32,000 nucleotides of DNA from Pyrodictium occultum (GTDB lineage Archaea; Thermoproteota; Thermoprotei_A; Sulfolobales; Pyrodictiaceae). A program made the position numbers and the translations under genes. Under the pieces are notes generated by a model, which had not been told where the DNA came from, did no database searches, and saw nothing but the letters and a program-made list of their open reading frames with translations. The first letter of the stretch is position 1, and each line of letters opens with the position of its first letter. The DNA lies in NCBI RefSeq assembly GCF_001462395.1, contig NZ_LNTB01000001.1, positions 750,001-782,000 on the forward strand. Reading direction: 5' to 3'. Below are positions 24,104-32,000 of the stretch, piece by piece.

Positions 24104-24961
24104 GTGGCTATCGACTTCCAGCCTATGAGCGGCAAGGCCTCCAGCAGGGCCGCCCGCTACGACACCGTGCTAGTGGTAGCGCCCCTCCTGGACGCGCTAC
24201 CCCGCATAGAGGCGTACAAGATGCTCGGAGTCGAGAGGGTGGAGGCCTATCCCCTCTCCCCCAGCGACTCCCCGACACTCTTCTCCCTCCTCGGGGTAGT
24301 AGCTTGGCTACGCCGCCACGCCTCCCGGGGGAGGGTGCTCGTAGAAGGCTATGGTGGTGAGGCCCTTCTAGAGGCGGCGTACATGATTGTTGAGGGTGAG
24401 CTAGGGCTCAGCAGTCTCTCCCGTGTCGCGTCTAGGCTGCTGAGCTCCCTCCACCTCCGCTCTCTCGTCCACCTCGCAGCCCTCGCCGAGGCGGGCGTCG
24501 ATCTGGCAAGGGAGGCTGAGAGGCATCTAGAGGATGCCTTCACCGGCGGCGACGCCTACGCGTCCTCGGCGCTGGAGCACTCTCTGGACCTTGCAGCACA
24601 GCTGGGGCTCCTCGGCGGCTGCATCCTTCATCTATACGAGCACGTGGCTCGGGGTAGGAGGCTGCAGCCGTCCAGCATCTGCGGGCTCCTCGCAGAGGCG
24701 GGGAGGAGGCTGGACTATATGAAGACCGGCGCGGTGAAGACTGTGGCGATAGTGGGCGGGCGGCAGGGCTCCCGCGTGCTTCTCGGCTGCCGCCTCCTGC
24801 TGCGCGACGAGGAATGCTGGCCCGAGGCTAGGGAGGCGGAGGAGGTGATAAGGCGAGTGCTGGCTGCCCGCGGCTACTCGCTCTCCCGGGTCCTCCTCGT
24901 GGACCCGGAGGAGGCTGCATGCATCGCGTACGGCAGCCGCTACGGCTATCCCTGCGGCTAG
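24104..24961 (+). CDS. Hypothetical protein (285 aa), immediately upstream of and overlapping rnhB
   Basis: GTG start 8 nt downstream of the GGTGAT SD (24090-24095). Leu/Ala-rich with no recognised motif. The stop lies inside the 5' extension of the RNase HII ORF. Confidence 0.5.
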   Translation: MAIDFQPMSGKASSRAARYDTVLVVAPLLDALPRIEAYKMLGVERVEAYPLSPSDSPTLFSLLGVVAWLRRHASRGRVLVEGYGGEALLEAAYMIVEGELGLSSLSRVASRLLSSLHLRSLVHLAALAEAGVDLAREAERHLEDAFTGGDAYASSALEHSLDLAAQLGLLGGCILHLYEHVARGRRLQPSSICGLLAEAGRRLDYMKTGAVKTVAIVGGRQGSRVLLGCRLLLRDEECWPEAREAEEVIRRVLAARGYSLSRVLLVDPEEAACIAYGSRYGYPCG

Positions 24962-25719
24962 CGCTGGGAGGTGGTACAGCACTGGGGAGGAGAAGCCCCA
25001 GGGGCAGGCTCATAGCCGGGGTGGACGAGGCCGGCCGGGGCCCAGTCATAGGCCCCATGGTGGTTGCAGGGGTTGTGGTGGACGAGGCTTCTCTGGAGAG
25101 GCTAGCGGAGCTAGGCGTTAGGGACAGCAAGGAGCTCTCGCCGGTGCAGCGGCGCCGCCTGCTCCCCGAGATACTGAGGCTAGCCAAGTACGTGGTCGTG
25201 GTCAAGCTCCCGCCAGCCCTCATAGACATGGTTAACCTCAACAGGCTGGAGCTGGAGACCATAGCCTACATACTCGGCCGGGTCCGGAGCGTGCTGGGCA
25301 GGGTTGACGCGGTCTACCTTGACGCCGTCGGCCCGGTGGACAAGATGGTTAGCGAGATAAGAAGGCTCACGGGGCTGGGAGCCCCGATAGTTGCAGAGCC
25401 CCGCGCCGACGCAAAGTACCCAGCGGTGTCGGCGGCCAGCATAGTAGCCAAGGTGGCCCGCGACGAGGAGATTGAGAGGCTCCGCCGCCTCTACGGGGTG
25501 AGGGGCTCCGGCTACCCCACTGACCCGGAGACCCTTGAGTGGATAAGGGAGGCCTACCGTCGGAGCCCCAGCCAGCCGCCATGGTTCGTGAGGCGCTCCT
25601 GGTCCACGCTCCGCCGGGTAGCGCCGGGCTGGTATAGGGCCAAGAGCCAGACTAGCACCGCTCAAGGCAGGAGGCGGTCCCTCCTAGACTATCTCGAGGG
25701 CAGTAGTGCCAGAAACTAG
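24919..25719 (+). CDS. rnhB: Ribonuclease HII
   Basis: IAGVDEAGRGPVIGPMVVAGV is the catalytic DEAGRG motif, plus DSKELS, YLDAV and ASIVAKVARD. The C-terminal RRSLLDYL is PIP-box-like. The true start is uncertain: ATG 24919 gives an unusually long 32-aa lead-in (see findings). Confidence 0.9.
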   Translation: MHRVRQPLRLSLRLALGGGTALGRRSPRGRLIAGVDEAGRGPVIGPMVVAGVVVDEASLERLAELGVRDSKELSPVQRRRLLPEILRLAKYVVVVKLPPALIDMVNLNRLELETIAYILGRVRSVLGRVDAVYLDAVGPVDKMVSEIRRLTGLGAPIVAEPRADAKYPAVSAASIVAKVARDEEIERLRRLYGVRGSGYPTDPETLEWIREAYRRSPSQPPWFVRRSWSTLRRVAPGWYRAKSQTSTAQGRRRSLLDYLEGSSARN

Positions 25720-25752
25720 GGGCCGGGGAGGCTCAGTTACGGCCACACTCTT

Positions 25753-25827
25753 CACCCCCTCCGAGGGGCTCTGGTAAGCCCACCTATCATCACGGCCCGC
25801 GTGGTGCGCGGCCCCTCGGAGGGGGTG
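25753..25827. repeat. Perfect 17-bp GC-rich inverted repeat (25753-25769 / 25811-25827) with a 41-nt spacer
   Basis: Arm 1 is CACCCCCTCCGAGGGGC and arm 2 is GCCCCTCGGAGGGGGTG, checked base by base, with G:U-compatible pairs on both flanks. It lies in the 204-nt rnhB / nop2-like intergenic region. Confidence 0.9.
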
Positions 25828-25923
25828 GCAGGCCAGATTAGGGGTCCTTCTCTCCTCCGCGGGCTCCTCCAGGGCCGGCGTCCTGGATGTGCTGGCAGGG
25901 TCTGGCAGGCGGCGTGATGCATT

Positions 25924-27234
25924 ATGGACAAGGTGGCCAGGGCGATTATAGACTTTAGCGCCAAGGTGCTGCATACGGTTATGACGAGGCATGTGAGCCA
26001 TGATAAGGCGTACCAGGAGGCCATAAGAGAGCTCCGGAAGGCGGCCCGCTATGTGCCTCCACGCGTGCTCTACAGGGTTTCCCACGACATAGTGTCGGAC
26101 TACTACCTCCTCCGGTACGCGGAGCAGAAGATCTACGGCAGCCGGGGCAGCGCGAGGAGAATGGCCAGGCTCTGGCTCCTCCTCCGGGGCTTAGAGTCCG
26201 AGCATCTAGCTGGCTACGTGGAGAGCGTTGAGAGGCTCCGGCGGAAGCTGTCCAAGAGCCTACCCCGGCAGGTGGAGAGCGTCGAGGAGCTTCTAGAGCG
26301 CGTGGAGGATGAGGCCCTCCGCCTCTCAGTCAAGTACTCCTACCCACGCTGGTTCGTAGAGATATTCCTTGAGCTGCTGGGCAGGAGTGAGACCGAGAGG
26401 CTCCTAGCCGCGCTCAACACGGAGAAGTGGTGGATAAGGGTGAACACGCTCAAGACCGACGTGGATATCGTGGCTCAGCGGCTCCTGGATAAGGGCGTGA
26501 TTGTACGCAGGGACCCCGACCTCCCCTACATGCTCGAAGTGGTGGACTTCAGCGAGCCCCTCCACCACCTGGAGGAGATGTGGAGGGGCGAGATAGTCTT
26601 CCAGGACAAGGCGTCTGCCCTCGTGGTTGAAGCCCTCGAGCCGGAGCCGGGGGACGTGATACTGGACATGGCAGCCGCCCCTGGGGTCAAGGACTCCCTC
26701 ATAATGCAGCTAACCGGCAACCGCGCCAGGATAATAGCGGTAGACGTTTCCTGGGAGAGGCTGAAGAGAACGAGAAGGCTTCTCCACCTCTACGGGGTAG
26801 ACATGTCCAGGGTTGAGCTGCTTCACGCAGACTCGCGCTTCATGGCGCTGAGGCTCCCCCCGGGCAAGATAATCCTCGACGCGCCGTGCACTAGCAGCGG
26901 AGCCGTCGGCAAGGACCCGGCGATAAAGATGCATCTCGAGGATCTCTCATGGGTCCAGAGGTTCCCCCGGATACAAAGGGAGATGCTGCAGAGGGCGCTA
27001 AGCCTCGGCCCAGAATACGTGGTGTATGCTGTCTGTAGTGTACTCCCATTCGAGGGCGAGGAGCACATAGCAGCCCTCGAGGCGGGTATCGAGCTGGAGG
27101 AGCCGCCGATCCCCGGAGCCCCGGGCTACAGTCCCTACGCTTTCCGGAGTCAGGTGCGCAGGCTCCTACCCCACCTCCACGGCACGCAGGGCTTCTTCAT
27201 AGCGAGGCTGAGGCGCCGCGGAGGAGGCGGGTAA
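25924..27234 (+). CDS. NOL1/NOP2/Sun-family RNA (cytosine-C5) methyltransferase
   Basis: VILDMAAAPGVKD (motif I, cf. DxCAAPGGK), IILDAPCTSSGAVGKDP (motif IV, DAPC), VVYAVCSVLPFEGEE (motif VI, catalytic Cys), and an N-terminal NusB-like helical region. Confidence 0.9.
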   Translation: MDKVARAIIDFSAKVLHTVMTRHVSHDKAYQEAIRELRKAARYVPPRVLYRVSHDIVSDYYLLRYAEQKIYGSRGSARRMARLWLLLRGLESEHLAGYVESVERLRRKLSKSLPRQVESVEELLERVEDEALRLSVKYSYPRWFVEIFLELLGRSETERLLAALNTEKWWIRVNTLKTDVDIVAQRLLDKGVIVRRDPDLPYMLEVVDFSEPLHHLEEMWRGEIVFQDKASALVVEALEPEPGDVILDMAAAPGVKDSLIMQLTGNRARIIAVDVSWERLKRTRRLLHLYGVDMSRVELLHADSRFMALRLPPGKIILDAPCTSSGAVGKDPAIKMHLEDLSWVQRFPRIQREMLQRALSLGPEYVVYAVCSVLPFEGEEHIAALEAGIELEEPPIPGAPGYSPYAFRSQVRRLLPHLHGTQGFFIARLRRRGGGG

Positions 27235-27249
27235 ATGGAGAGGAATGCT

Positions 27250-27306
27250 GTGGCGGCGTGCAATCCGTCACCCGGCTCACCCCATGGGCCCGCCGCCACG
27301 GCGGCG
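27250..27306. repeat. Three mutually complementary GC-rich segments (GTGGCGGCG ... CGCCGCCAC-GGCGGCG)
   Basis: A is 27250-27258, B is 27291-27299 (the exact reverse complement of A), and C is 27300-27306 (complementary to the first 7 nt of B). It sits in the 188-nt gap between convergent genes. Confidence 0.8.
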
Positions 27307-27404
27307 TTGCCGGGGCCCTGACCCCCGCTGCCACGGGTAGGGGCCCGGGGGGGGGCCGCGGGCTATATGGTGTGTGCTTAGCTGAGGTCCCTGGGCTGCC
27401 CCGT

Positions 27405-27411
27405 AGAAAAG
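27405..27411 (-). terminator. Oligo-T tract (CTTTTCT on the minus strand) just downstream of the 171-aa gene's stop
   Basis: The plus strand reads AGAAAAG at 27405-27411, 12-18 nt beyond the TAA stop at 27423-27425. Archaeal termination commonly uses short T tracts. Confidence 0.35.
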
Positions 27412-27422
27412 CCCTGGGGTGG

Positions 27423-27938
27423 TTAGAAGAGCCTACGCCTCCTAGGTGCCCTGGGCCTGGAGAGCACAGTGGTCAGCTCTATCTGCGCGTCAAGCGCCGC
27501 TATCTTGGGCTTTAGCTCCTCCACGGCCGCCCGGAGCTTCTCGTAGAACTCGGGGTCTACACCCTTCTTCTCCAGAAACTCCTTGCCGTCATTGGTTAGC
27601 CTCAGCTTCTTCGTCCTGGGATCGGTCTCCGCGAAGCCCACGTAGAGCAGAGCTATGATGTCCTCGTGCAACTCCTTGGAGGTAGGCACGTCGCCTACCA
27701 TGAAGAAGTTATAGCCCAGGTTTATCCCCTTCTCGTTCTGGAGCCAGTATACGAGGTGCGCCAGGCTCCTCTCATATATACCCCCCTGATCCTCCATAGC
27801 CTTGAGCACTAGGAGTAGCTTCCTCTTCCTCTCGTCCCTCTCAATCTGCTCCCTTGTCACAGCCGGCCTGGATACTATAACGAGCTCCTTCTTGGTGCCG
27901 CCCACGGGCTCCTTCTTCCTACCGCTGGTCTTCGCCAA
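27423..27938 (-). CDS. Hypothetical protein with basic N- and C-terminal tails (possible winged-helix core)
   Basis: 171 aa. Lys/Arg-rich N-terminus MAKTSGRKKEPVGGTKKE, a globular core, a C-terminal helical segment and an ...PRAPRRRRLF tail. Lower-GC, well-behaved codon usage. Divergent from xpf. Confidence 0.6.
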   Translation of the reverse strand: MAKTSGRKKEPVGGTKKELVIVSRPAVTREQIERDERKRKLLLVLKAMEDQGGIYERSLAHLVYWLQNEKGINLGYNFFMVGDVPTSKELHEDIIALLYVGFAETDPRTKKLRLTNDGKEFLEKKGVDPEFYEKLRAAVEELKPKIAALDAQIELTTVLSRPRAPRRRRLF

Positions 27939-28146
27939 CGAATCTCACCCCATCCTTCCGCAGGCTTCGGAGTCCCCGCTGGAATAGCAGGGGCGTACGG
28001 GGCTAAAACAGTGGCCCAGAGGGGGAGCGCCCTGCACCCCCTGGACGAGGAGGAGTTCGGAGCGCCGGACTCTCATCACCCGGGGGCCGGCGTCAGCCTC
28101 TAGTGCACTCCACACCCAGGGCCCTGCAAGCCGGCGAGCCGGGGGA

Positions 28147-28842
28147 TTGTCGGCCGAGTGCAGGAGGCCGAGGGTGTACGTGGATGAGAGGGAGCGGGGC
28201 AGCGGGGTCCCAGAGGCCCTAGCCGAGCTAGGCGCGGCCGTGGTCTACACTATGGCCGGGGTCGGGGACTATATAGTGTCGGACCGCGTGGCCATAGAGA
28301 GGAAGACGGTGCGTGACCTGGCCGAAAGCCTCTTCGACGGCAGGCTATTCGACCAGGCTAGGAGGCTGAGCGAGCACTACGAGATACCCGTCCTCATAGT
28401 TGAGGGCGACCCCGGGAAGATCGAGGAGTACACCACCAGGGGCATGCAGGCCAGGATGGCGCTAGCCTCGCTATCCATAGAGCACGGGGTACGAGTCCTC
28501 TGGAGCGCCAACCAGCGTGAGACGGCTAGGATGATATACAGTATAGCCTGCCGCGAGCAGTACGGGAGCAAGCGGAGCGTAGTGGTGCACAGGAAGCCTA
28601 GGCTGGAGAAGCTGTGGATGCAGCAGCTCTACGTGGTCCAGAGCCTCCCCGGTGTGGGCCCAAGGCTGGCGGAGAAGCTGCTCGAGAGGCTCGGCAGCAT
28701 AGAGGCAATATGCAGGGCCTCTGTGGTCGAGCTCGAGAGGATCCTGGGCTATGAGAGGGCCCAGCGCGTCTACAGGGTGATACATGCCCCCTACAAGCCC
28801 CCGGGGAGGGGCAAGGAAGGGGGTGAGGGCCGGAGCCCCTGA
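28147..28842 (+). CDS. xpf: XPF/ERCC4-family structure-specific endonuclease, short crenarchaeal form (nuclease + HhH2)
   Basis: VGDYIVSDRVAIERKTVRDL is the ERCC4 signature GDx(n)ERKx3D. LPGVGPRLAEKLLERLGSIEAICRASVVELERILG is the tandem HhH. No helicase domain. TTG start. Confidence 0.88.
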   Translation: MSAECRRPRVYVDERERGSGVPEALAELGAAVVYTMAGVGDYIVSDRVAIERKTVRDLAESLFDGRLFDQARRLSEHYEIPVLIVEGDPGKIEEYTTRGMQARMALASLSIEHGVRVLWSANQRETARMIYSIACREQYGSKRSVVVHRKPRLEKLWMQQLYVVQSLPGVGPRLAEKLLERLGSIEAICRASVVELERILGYERAQRVYRVIHAPYKPPGRGKEGGEGRSP

Positions 28843-28863
28843 GGGAAGAGGCCTCAGAGTGTA

Positions 28864-28870
28864 CTTATAA
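28864..28870 (+). promoter_or_regulatory. TATA box CTTATAA for the EF-2 gene
   Basis: 42 nt upstream of the ATG at 28912, in an otherwise GC-rich 69-nt intergenic region. Confidence 0.45.
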
Positions 28871-28911
28871 CCCGGAGACCGCCGGGTCCCCAGCCCCGGG
28901 TAGGGTAGGCT

Positions 28912-31128
28912 ATGCGAGTAAAGCATGTAGACGAGATACTGAGGATAATGAGAAACATTGAGCAGATCAGAAATATAGGTATCGTGGCCCACGTGGACCA
29001 TGGCAAGACTACTACTAGCGACTCGCTGCTCGCAGCCGCGGGTATAATCTCGCAGCGTATCGCCGGCGAGGCCCTTGCGCTCGACTACCTGAAGGTGGAG
29101 CAGCAGCGCGGTATAACCGTGAAGTCCGCCAACATAAGCCTCTACCACGAGTACCAGGGCAAGCCCTACGTGATAAACCTGGTAGACACGCCGGGCCACG
29201 TGGACTTCTCCGGCCACGTGACAAGGAGCCTCCGCATGATGGACGGCTCCGTGGTGGTTGTAGACGCTGTCGAGGGCGTGATGCCCCAGACGGAGACCGT
29301 GCTGCGCCAGAGCCTTGAGGAGCGTGTACGCCCCATACTCTTCATAAACAAGGTCGACAGGCTGATCAAGGAGCTTAAGTACACCCCCCAGCAGATACAG
29401 CAGCGCTTCGTAGAGATAATAAAGGAGGTAAACCACCTGATCAGCCTCTACGCTGACCCGGAGTTCAAGAAGAAGTGGCAGCTAGACCCTGCCAGCGGCA
29501 TGGTGATATTCGGCAGCGCGAGGGACAAGTGGGGCATAAGCATACCTCTCGCCCAGAAGCGCGGCATAAAGTTCAGCGACATCATAGAGGCCTACAAGCG
29601 TGGCAAGGAGGCAGTGGAGGAGTTCGCCACCAAGGTGGCCCCCCTCCACGAAGCACTCCTGGACGCTGTCGTGAAGTTCATACCCAACCCTAGGGAGGCC
29701 CAGAGGTACCGTATCCCCAAGATCTGGAAGGGCGACATAAACAGTGAAGTTGGCAAGGCTATGCTAGAGGCTGACCCCAACGGGCCCCTAGTGTACGCCA
29801 TCTCGTTCATGAGGGTCGACCCGAAGATACGCCGCCTCGTGGCTACCGGCCGCATATTCAGCGGCACCCTCCACCAGGGCGATGAGGTATGGCTTGTGAA
29901 CGCTAGGAAGAACGCCAAGGTGCTGCAGGTAAGCATCTACATGGGCCCCGACCGCGAGGTTGTGGATGAGATACCTGCCGGCAACATAGCTGCAGCGCTC
30001 GGCCTCGAGGACGCCAGGGCCGGCGAGACGGCTGTAGCGACAAGCCTCAAGGACAAGGTGCCGCCGTTCGAGAAGCTCCACTACGTCTCCGAGCCCGTGG
30101 TGACGGTTGCCATCGAGCCCAAGAACCCCAAGGACCTGCCGAAGCTCATAGACGCCCTCTACAAGCTGAGCATAGAGGACCCGACTATACAGGTTAAGAT
30201 CAACCAGGAGACCGGCGAGTACCTCCTCAGCGGTATGGGCCCGCTCCACATAGAGATAGCCACCTGGTGGCTCAAGGAGACCTTCGGCATAGAGGTGAAG
30301 ACCAGCCCGCCGATAGTCGTGTACCGCGAGACCGTGAGGGCTAAGAGCCAGGTGTTCGAGGGCAAGAGCCCCAACAAGCACAACAAGCTCTACATAAGTG
30401 TTGAGCCTCTCAACGAGGAGACCATAAAGCTTATACACAACGGCGAGGTAACCGAGGACCAGGACGTCTATGAGAGAGCCAAGATACTCAAGGAGAAGGC
30501 CGGCTGGGACTACGACGAGGCCAAGAGGATATGGGCTATCGACGAGAACATCAACGTGTTCGTCGACAGGACCACCGGTATACAGCACCTCCGCGAGGTG
30601 AAGGACACCATAATCCAGGGCTTCCGCCTGGCAATGAAGGAGGGCCCGCTGGCCAAGGAGCCGGTCAGGGGCGTCAAGGTAGTGCTCCACGACGCCGTGA
30701 TCCACGAGGACCCTGCTCACCGCGGCCCCGCGCAGATCTACCCGGCAGTGCGCAACGCCATCTACGCGGGCATGCTGACCGCTAAGCCGACGCTGCTGGA
30801 GCCCCTGCAGAAGCTCGACATACGCGTGCCGCAGGAGTATGTGAGCAACGTGATAGCGGTCATATCGAGGAAGCGCGGCAAGATACTGGACATGAAGGAG
30901 TACGGCGTAATGATGAGGGTCCTGGCGGAGATACCCGTGGCAGAGAGCTTCGACCTAGCGGCAGAGCTTAGGAGCGCCACCCAGGGCAGGGCCTTCTGGG
31001 GCACCGAGTTCAGCCGCTGGGCGCCACTACCCGACAACATGCTGATGGATGTCGTTAGGAAGATACGCGAGAGGAAAGGCCTGCCTCCGGAGCCGCCGAA
31101 GCCCGAGGACTTCATAACCCCCTACTAG
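28912..31128 (+). CDS. fusA: Translation elongation factor 2 (aEF-2)
   Basis: 738 aa. AHVDHGKTT (G1), DTPGHVDF (G3), NKVDR (G4), and the diphthamide-site loop [11 protein letters not shown]. Confidence 0.97.
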   Translation: MRVKHVDEILRIMRNIEQIRNIGIVAHVDHGKTTTSDSLLAAAGIISQRIAGEALALDYLKVEQQRGITVKSANISLYHEYQGKPYVINLVDTPGHVDFSGHVTRSLRMMDGSVVVVDAVEGVMPQTETVLRQSLEERVRPILFINKVDRLIKELKYTPQQIQQRFVEIIKEVNHLISLYADPEFKKKWQLDPASGMVIFGSARDKWGISIPLAQKRGIKFSDIIEAYKRGKEAVEEFATKVAPLHEALLDAVVKFIPNPREAQRYRIPKIWKGDINSEVGKAMLEADPNGPLVYAISFMRVDPKIRRLVATGRIFSGTLHQGDEVWLVNARKNAKVLQVSIYMGPDREVVDEIPAGNIAAALGLEDARAGETAVATSLKDKVPPFEKLHYVSEPVVTVAIEPKNPKDLPKLIDALYKLSIEDPTIQVKINQETGEYLLSGMGPLHIEIATWWLKETFGIEVKTSPPIVVYRETVRAKSQVFEGKSPNKHNKLYISVEPLNEETIKLIHNGEVTEDQDVYERAKILKEKAGWDYDEAKRIWAIDENINVFVDRTTGIQHLREVKDTIIQGFRLAMKEGPLAKEPVRGVKVVLHDAVIHEDPAHRGPAQIYPAVRNAIYAGMLTAKPTLLEPLQKLDIRVPQEYVSNVIAVISRKRGKILDMKEYGVMMRVLAEIPVAESFDLAAELRSATQGRAFWGTEFSRWAPLPDNMLMDVVRKIRERKGLPPEPPKPEDFITPY

Positions 31129-31188
31129 GCCGGCAGGCCTCCGCCTAGGCCCCTGCAGCGGCACAGACCCGCCGCGCTGGTGCATGCC

Positions 31189-31196
31189 TTTTATAT
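31189..31196 (+). promoter_or_regulatory. TATA box TTTTATAT for the CBS-domain gene
   Basis: It ends 37 nt upstream of the GTG at 31233. The spacing favours that start over the internal ATG at 31284. Confidence 0.45.
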
Positions 31197-31232
31197 TCCC
31201 AATCCGTTCTACATAGGTTATGGAGATGTAGC

Positions 31233-31679
31233 GTGGTCCTCCTCTTCCGCCGTAGGAGAGTCCCCCTACGCGCGCAGGACATTATGACCGAGCAGCCGGT
31301 TACAGTAGGCCTCAACACCAGCATTAGGGACGTGGCCCAGCTTATGAGGAAGAATCGTATCGGCAGCGTTCTGGTCGTCGACGAGGAGGGCAAGCTCCGA
31401 GGCATAGTCACCGAGAGAGACATAGTATTTGCCTGCTCGGAGGGCTGGGACCCTAACACTAAGCAGGCCTGGGAGATAATGACAGAGGACCCTATAGCCG
31501 TTAAGCCCGACGAGGACATAGTTGATGTCATAAAGAAGATGCGTGACGCTAACGTCCGCCACCTGCCGGTCGTCGATGACGAGGGTAAGCCTATCGGGAT
31601 AATATCGGCGCGGGATATAATGGACACCATACTCACGCTTGCTGGGCTCGGGATGCTCCACGAGCTGTTGAGAGAGTAG
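31233..31679 (+). CDS. CBS-domain pair protein
   Basis: Two CBS repeats: AQDIMTEQPVTV...IGSVLVVDEEGKLRGIVTERDI and AWEIMTEDPIAV...VRHLPVVDDEGKPIGIISARDI. Confidence 0.85.
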   Translation: MVLLFRRRRVPLRAQDIMTEQPVTVGLNTSIRDVAQLMRKNRIGSVLVVDEEGKLRGIVTERDIVFACSEGWDPNTKQAWEIMTEDPIAVKPDEDIVDVIKKMRDANVRHLPVVDDEGKPIGIISARDIMDTILTLAGLGMLHELLRE

Positions 31680-31699
31680 CGGAGCCTGAAGAGAGGCTT

Positions 31700-32000
31700 C
31701 TAGCCGGCTGCCAGCTTCTCCACCAGCTCCCCCAGGTAGTCTTTTACCTGCTTCCTCGCCGCCCGGTCCGTGGTGGTAGGCTTCTCGGGGAATGGGTTGG
31801 CCCAGCCGGCTAGCCCCGCTAGGAGCGCGGGGAGGCCGCGGCGCAGCCCGGCGGAGTAGCCTCCCTCGAGGACGAGGAGCACCGGGGCCCCCAGCCCGGC
31901 GAGCCTTCTGCCCAGGGCGTGGTAGCCGGCGGTGGTGAGCCGGAGCGAGCCCAGCTCGTCGTCCCAGTAGGCGTCCAGCCCGGCGTCAACCACTACTATA
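31700..32000 (-). CDS. Histone deacetylase / acetoin-utilisation (AcuC/AphA) family protein, C-terminal part (5' end beyond the window)
   Basis: VVDAGLDAYWDDELGSLRLT (cf. saGfDa..gD.lg.l.lt) and VLEGGYS (HDAC-family EGGY motif). The reading frame stays open to the window edge. Confidence 0.7.
   Translation of the reverse strand, partial: IVVVDAGLDAYWDDELGSLRLTTAGYHALGRRLAGLGAPVLLVLEGGYSAGLRRGLPALLAGLAGWANPFPEKPTTTDRAARKQVKDYLGELVEKLAAG

Noticed and set aside
25730-25800. C/D-box-like arrangement on the minus strand (GTGATGA at plus 25787-25793; GTGAAGA + 12 nt + CTGA).
   Set aside because: The D' box is absent (CCAG), the D'-C' spacer is too long, and the terminal stem is poor. The candidate would also include only one arm of the 17-bp inverted repeat. 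It is more parsimoniously part of that hairpin element.
27258-27515. 85-aa plus-strand ORF in the gap between convergent genes. Similar short Arg/Pro/Gly-rich ORFs are listed in other intergenic regions (e.g. 17308..17526, 18392..18673, 24016..24360).
   Set aside because: Low-complexity GC-driven translations with no start-site signals. They overlap real genes or structured non-coding DNA.
1-32000. Search for tRNA/rRNA genes, CRISPR arrays, transposases/integrases and long dispersed repeats.
   Set aside because: No T-loop (GGTTCRAATCC-type) or cloverleaf candidates appear in the intergenic regions. There is no regularly spaced 24-40-nt repeat array, and no DDE or tyrosine-recombinase-like ORF. 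Only the short exact repeats reported above were seen.

Overview
GC-rich, densely packed archaeal chromosomal segment. aEF-2 with the diphthamide His, a short crenarchaeal-type XPF, ThyX, an AdoCbl class II RNR, A/T-rich TATA boxes roughly 20-45 nt upstream of starts, and GGTGAT/GGAGG Shine-Dalgarno motifs before internal operon genes all point to a hyperthermophilic crenarchaeote (Desulfurococcales-like). The species cannot be determined from sequence alone. I support about 30 protein genes and find no rRNA, tRNA, CRISPR array, transposase or integrase. Housekeeping content: glutamate dehydrogenase, glyoxylate reductase, a dUTPase / class II RNR / ThyX thymidylate-dNTP cluster, RNase HII, a NOL1/NOP2/Sun RNA m5C methyltransferase, XPF, EF-2, a ClC channel, an MBL-hydrolase plus ABC-2 exporter operon, a CBS protein and a partial HDAC-family gene. 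Most worth a second look: (1) a Zn-less, PUA-less TGT-superfamily protein (DpdA-like architecture) converging on a stand-alone GGDEF / GTP-cyclohydrolase-III-like palm-domain protein, with a catalytically degenerate QueD/PTPS-like gene 7 kb away; (2) an EPSP-synthase-fold protein that has lost nearly all canonical AroA catalytic motifs, divergent from an FkbM methyltransferase across an unusually long, GC-rich, hairpin-dense intergenic region; (3) a KaiC-like ATPase plus unknown partner embedded in the dNTP cluster, followed by an A/T-rich ~380 nt untranslated region upstream of the RNR; (4) a perfect 17-bp inverted repeat and other exact short repeats in intergenic regions; (5) a MutS-type ATPase with an HhH N-terminus in a crenarchaeal context. 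All calls come from by-eye motif reading of the supplied ORF translations and DNA. No database search, HMM or folding calculation was run.
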